A stretch of DNA of 5,612 bases, from the IMG/VR virus record IMGVR_UViG_3300045988_001123, positions 1-5,612 of that record, one strand, 5' to 3'. Of the stretch, positions 4,893 to 5,612 are shown piece by piece. Below the pieces are notes generated by a model. The model was not told where the DNA came from, did not search any database, and worked only from the letters and a program-made list of their open reading frames with translations. Each line of letters begins with the position of its first letter. The first letter of the stretch is position 1. A program made the position numbers and the translations under genes. The DNA is from a virus.

Positions 4893-4918
4893 AGCCCGGA
4901 GAAATCCGGGCTATTTTT
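4893..4918 (+). terminator. Rho-independent (probably leaky) terminator between VP1 and VP2
   Basis: The stem is AGCCCGG (4893-4899) pairing with CCGGGCT (4906-4912). The loop is agaaat, followed by aTTTTT (4913-4918). Confidence 0.7.
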
Positions 4919-4920
4919 AA

Positions 4921-5612
4921 ATGAGTGGATTATCTGGACTCTTAACAGCACTAAACGTAGCGGGAAACGTAGCGAACACAATCGGAACTTTTGCAGGAGC
5001 AGCTAAAAACATAGCCGGAGCGTTTGGTGGATGGGGGCAAACAGGCAATAGCCAAAGTAGCGGCGGCAGCACAAGCCAAGGCGGCGGACACTCCGAAAGC
5101 GGAAGTCAATCGGGCACCAACGTGCAGCAAGTCAATGACTGGTTAAAACAGGCATACGCATACCAAGGACAAGAAGCAGCCATGCAAGGCAAATACAACA
5201 GCCAGAGTATGTTAAAACAGATGGGCTATAACACGCTACAAGCAATCATGCAAGGCGTATACAACCACATCGAAAACAGTGTAGCAATGAACTACAACAG
5301 CGCAGAAGCACTAGCAAACAGGGACTGGCAAGAGCACATGTCAAACACAGCGTACCAGCGAGCCGTTGAGGACATGAAAAAAGCAGGGATTAACCCTATC
5401 TTAGCATTCGCAAACGGCGGCGCAAGCACACCGGGAGGAAGTGCAGGAACAATCAGTGGAGCAAGTATGGGACTTGCAAGCAGCAGCGCACTAGGAGTAA
5501 GCAGAAGCGGAGGATTTGTGCCTAACGCATACGAAAGCAACAGTTGGAGCAAAAGCGACTGGTACAATGCAGCGCAAAGCTGGCAGCAGATGCTCAGTTC
5601 TACACAAATGAC
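4921..5612 (+). CDS. VP2 minor capsid / DNA pilot protein, N-terminal part (runs off the window and continues at 1-200)
   Basis: ATG 4921 is the first possible start, because an in-frame TAA lies at 4918-4920. I translated the frame by hand and found no stop to 5612. It has a hydrophobic Gly/Ala-rich N-terminus, a G/S/Q-rich low-complexity segment, and the hallmark NTAYQRAVEDMKKAGINPILAF. Confidence 0.88.
   Translation, partial: MSGLSGLLTALNVAGNVANTIGTFAGAAKNIAGAFGGWGQTGNSQSSGGSTSQGGGHSESGSQSGTNVQQVNDWLKQAYAYQGQEAAMQGKYNSQSMLKQMGYNTLQAIMQGVYNHIENSVAMNYNSAEALANRDWQEHMSNTAYQRAVEDMKKAGINPILAFANGGASTPGGSAGTISGASMGLASSSALGVSRSGGFVPNAYESNSWSKSDWYNAAQSWQQMLSSTQM
5558..5612. repeat. Terminal redundancy copy 2 (identical to 1-55)
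   Basis: Same 55-mer as 1-55. The VP2 reading frame is continuous through it. Confidence 0.97.

Larger units (their letters stand above)
1..5557 (+). other. Unit-length circular ssDNA phage genome (Microviridae, Gokushovirinae-like)
   Basis: The exact 55-nt terminal redundancy implies a circle of 5557 nt. The gene set is VP4-VP8-VP5-VP3-VP1-VP2, all on one strand, with tiny or overlapping junctions. Size and order are typical of gokushoviruses. Confidence 0.9.

Noticed and set aside
78-5567. Remaining minus-strand ORFs in the track (78-269, 1086-1292, 1845-2102, 1957-2154, 2442-2690, 2549-2965, 4180-4455, 4715-4981, 5292-5567)
   Set aside because: All lie antisense to well-supported + strand genes. 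They have low-complexity or Leu/Ser/Pro/Cys-rich translations, lack SDs, and Microviridae transcribe only one strand.

Overview
The window is one complete circular ssDNA phage genome of the Microviridae, Gokushovirinae-like, linearised with a 55-nt terminal redundancy. Positions 1-55 are identical to 5558-5612, so the unit length is 5557 nt. All supportable genes are on the + strand and tightly packed. In order they are: VP4 rolling-circle Rep (197-1216), a 518-nt non-coding control region, a promoter (1681-1709), an accessory Zn peptidase of the M15/LAS type (1735-2124), two orphan small ORFs (2126-2248, 2253-2480), a 40-aa basic J/VP8-like DNA-packaging protein (2464-2586), a VP5-like small protein (2603-2842), VP3 scaffold (2835-3233), VP1 major capsid (3230-4882) and VP2 pilot protein (4921 across the circular junction to 200). 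Four things look most worth follow-up. (a) A peptidoglycan-peptidase module sits directly behind the only strong promoter, in a family that normally carries no muralytic enzyme, and no holin is visible. (b) The non-coding region, unusually large for the family, holds a 54-nt GC-rich alternating purine-pyrimidine imperfect palindrome and an array of eight same-orientation TGTTGAAA iteron-like repeats, which makes it a candidate origin or control locus. (c) A hairpin between VP1 and VP2 looks like both an intrinsic terminator and a device that brings a distant Shine-Dalgarno next to the VP2 start codon. (d) Identical AAAAGTGA stop/start overlaps occur at VP2/VP4 and VP3/VP1. All family assignments come from motif recognition by eye. 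No database search was possible.
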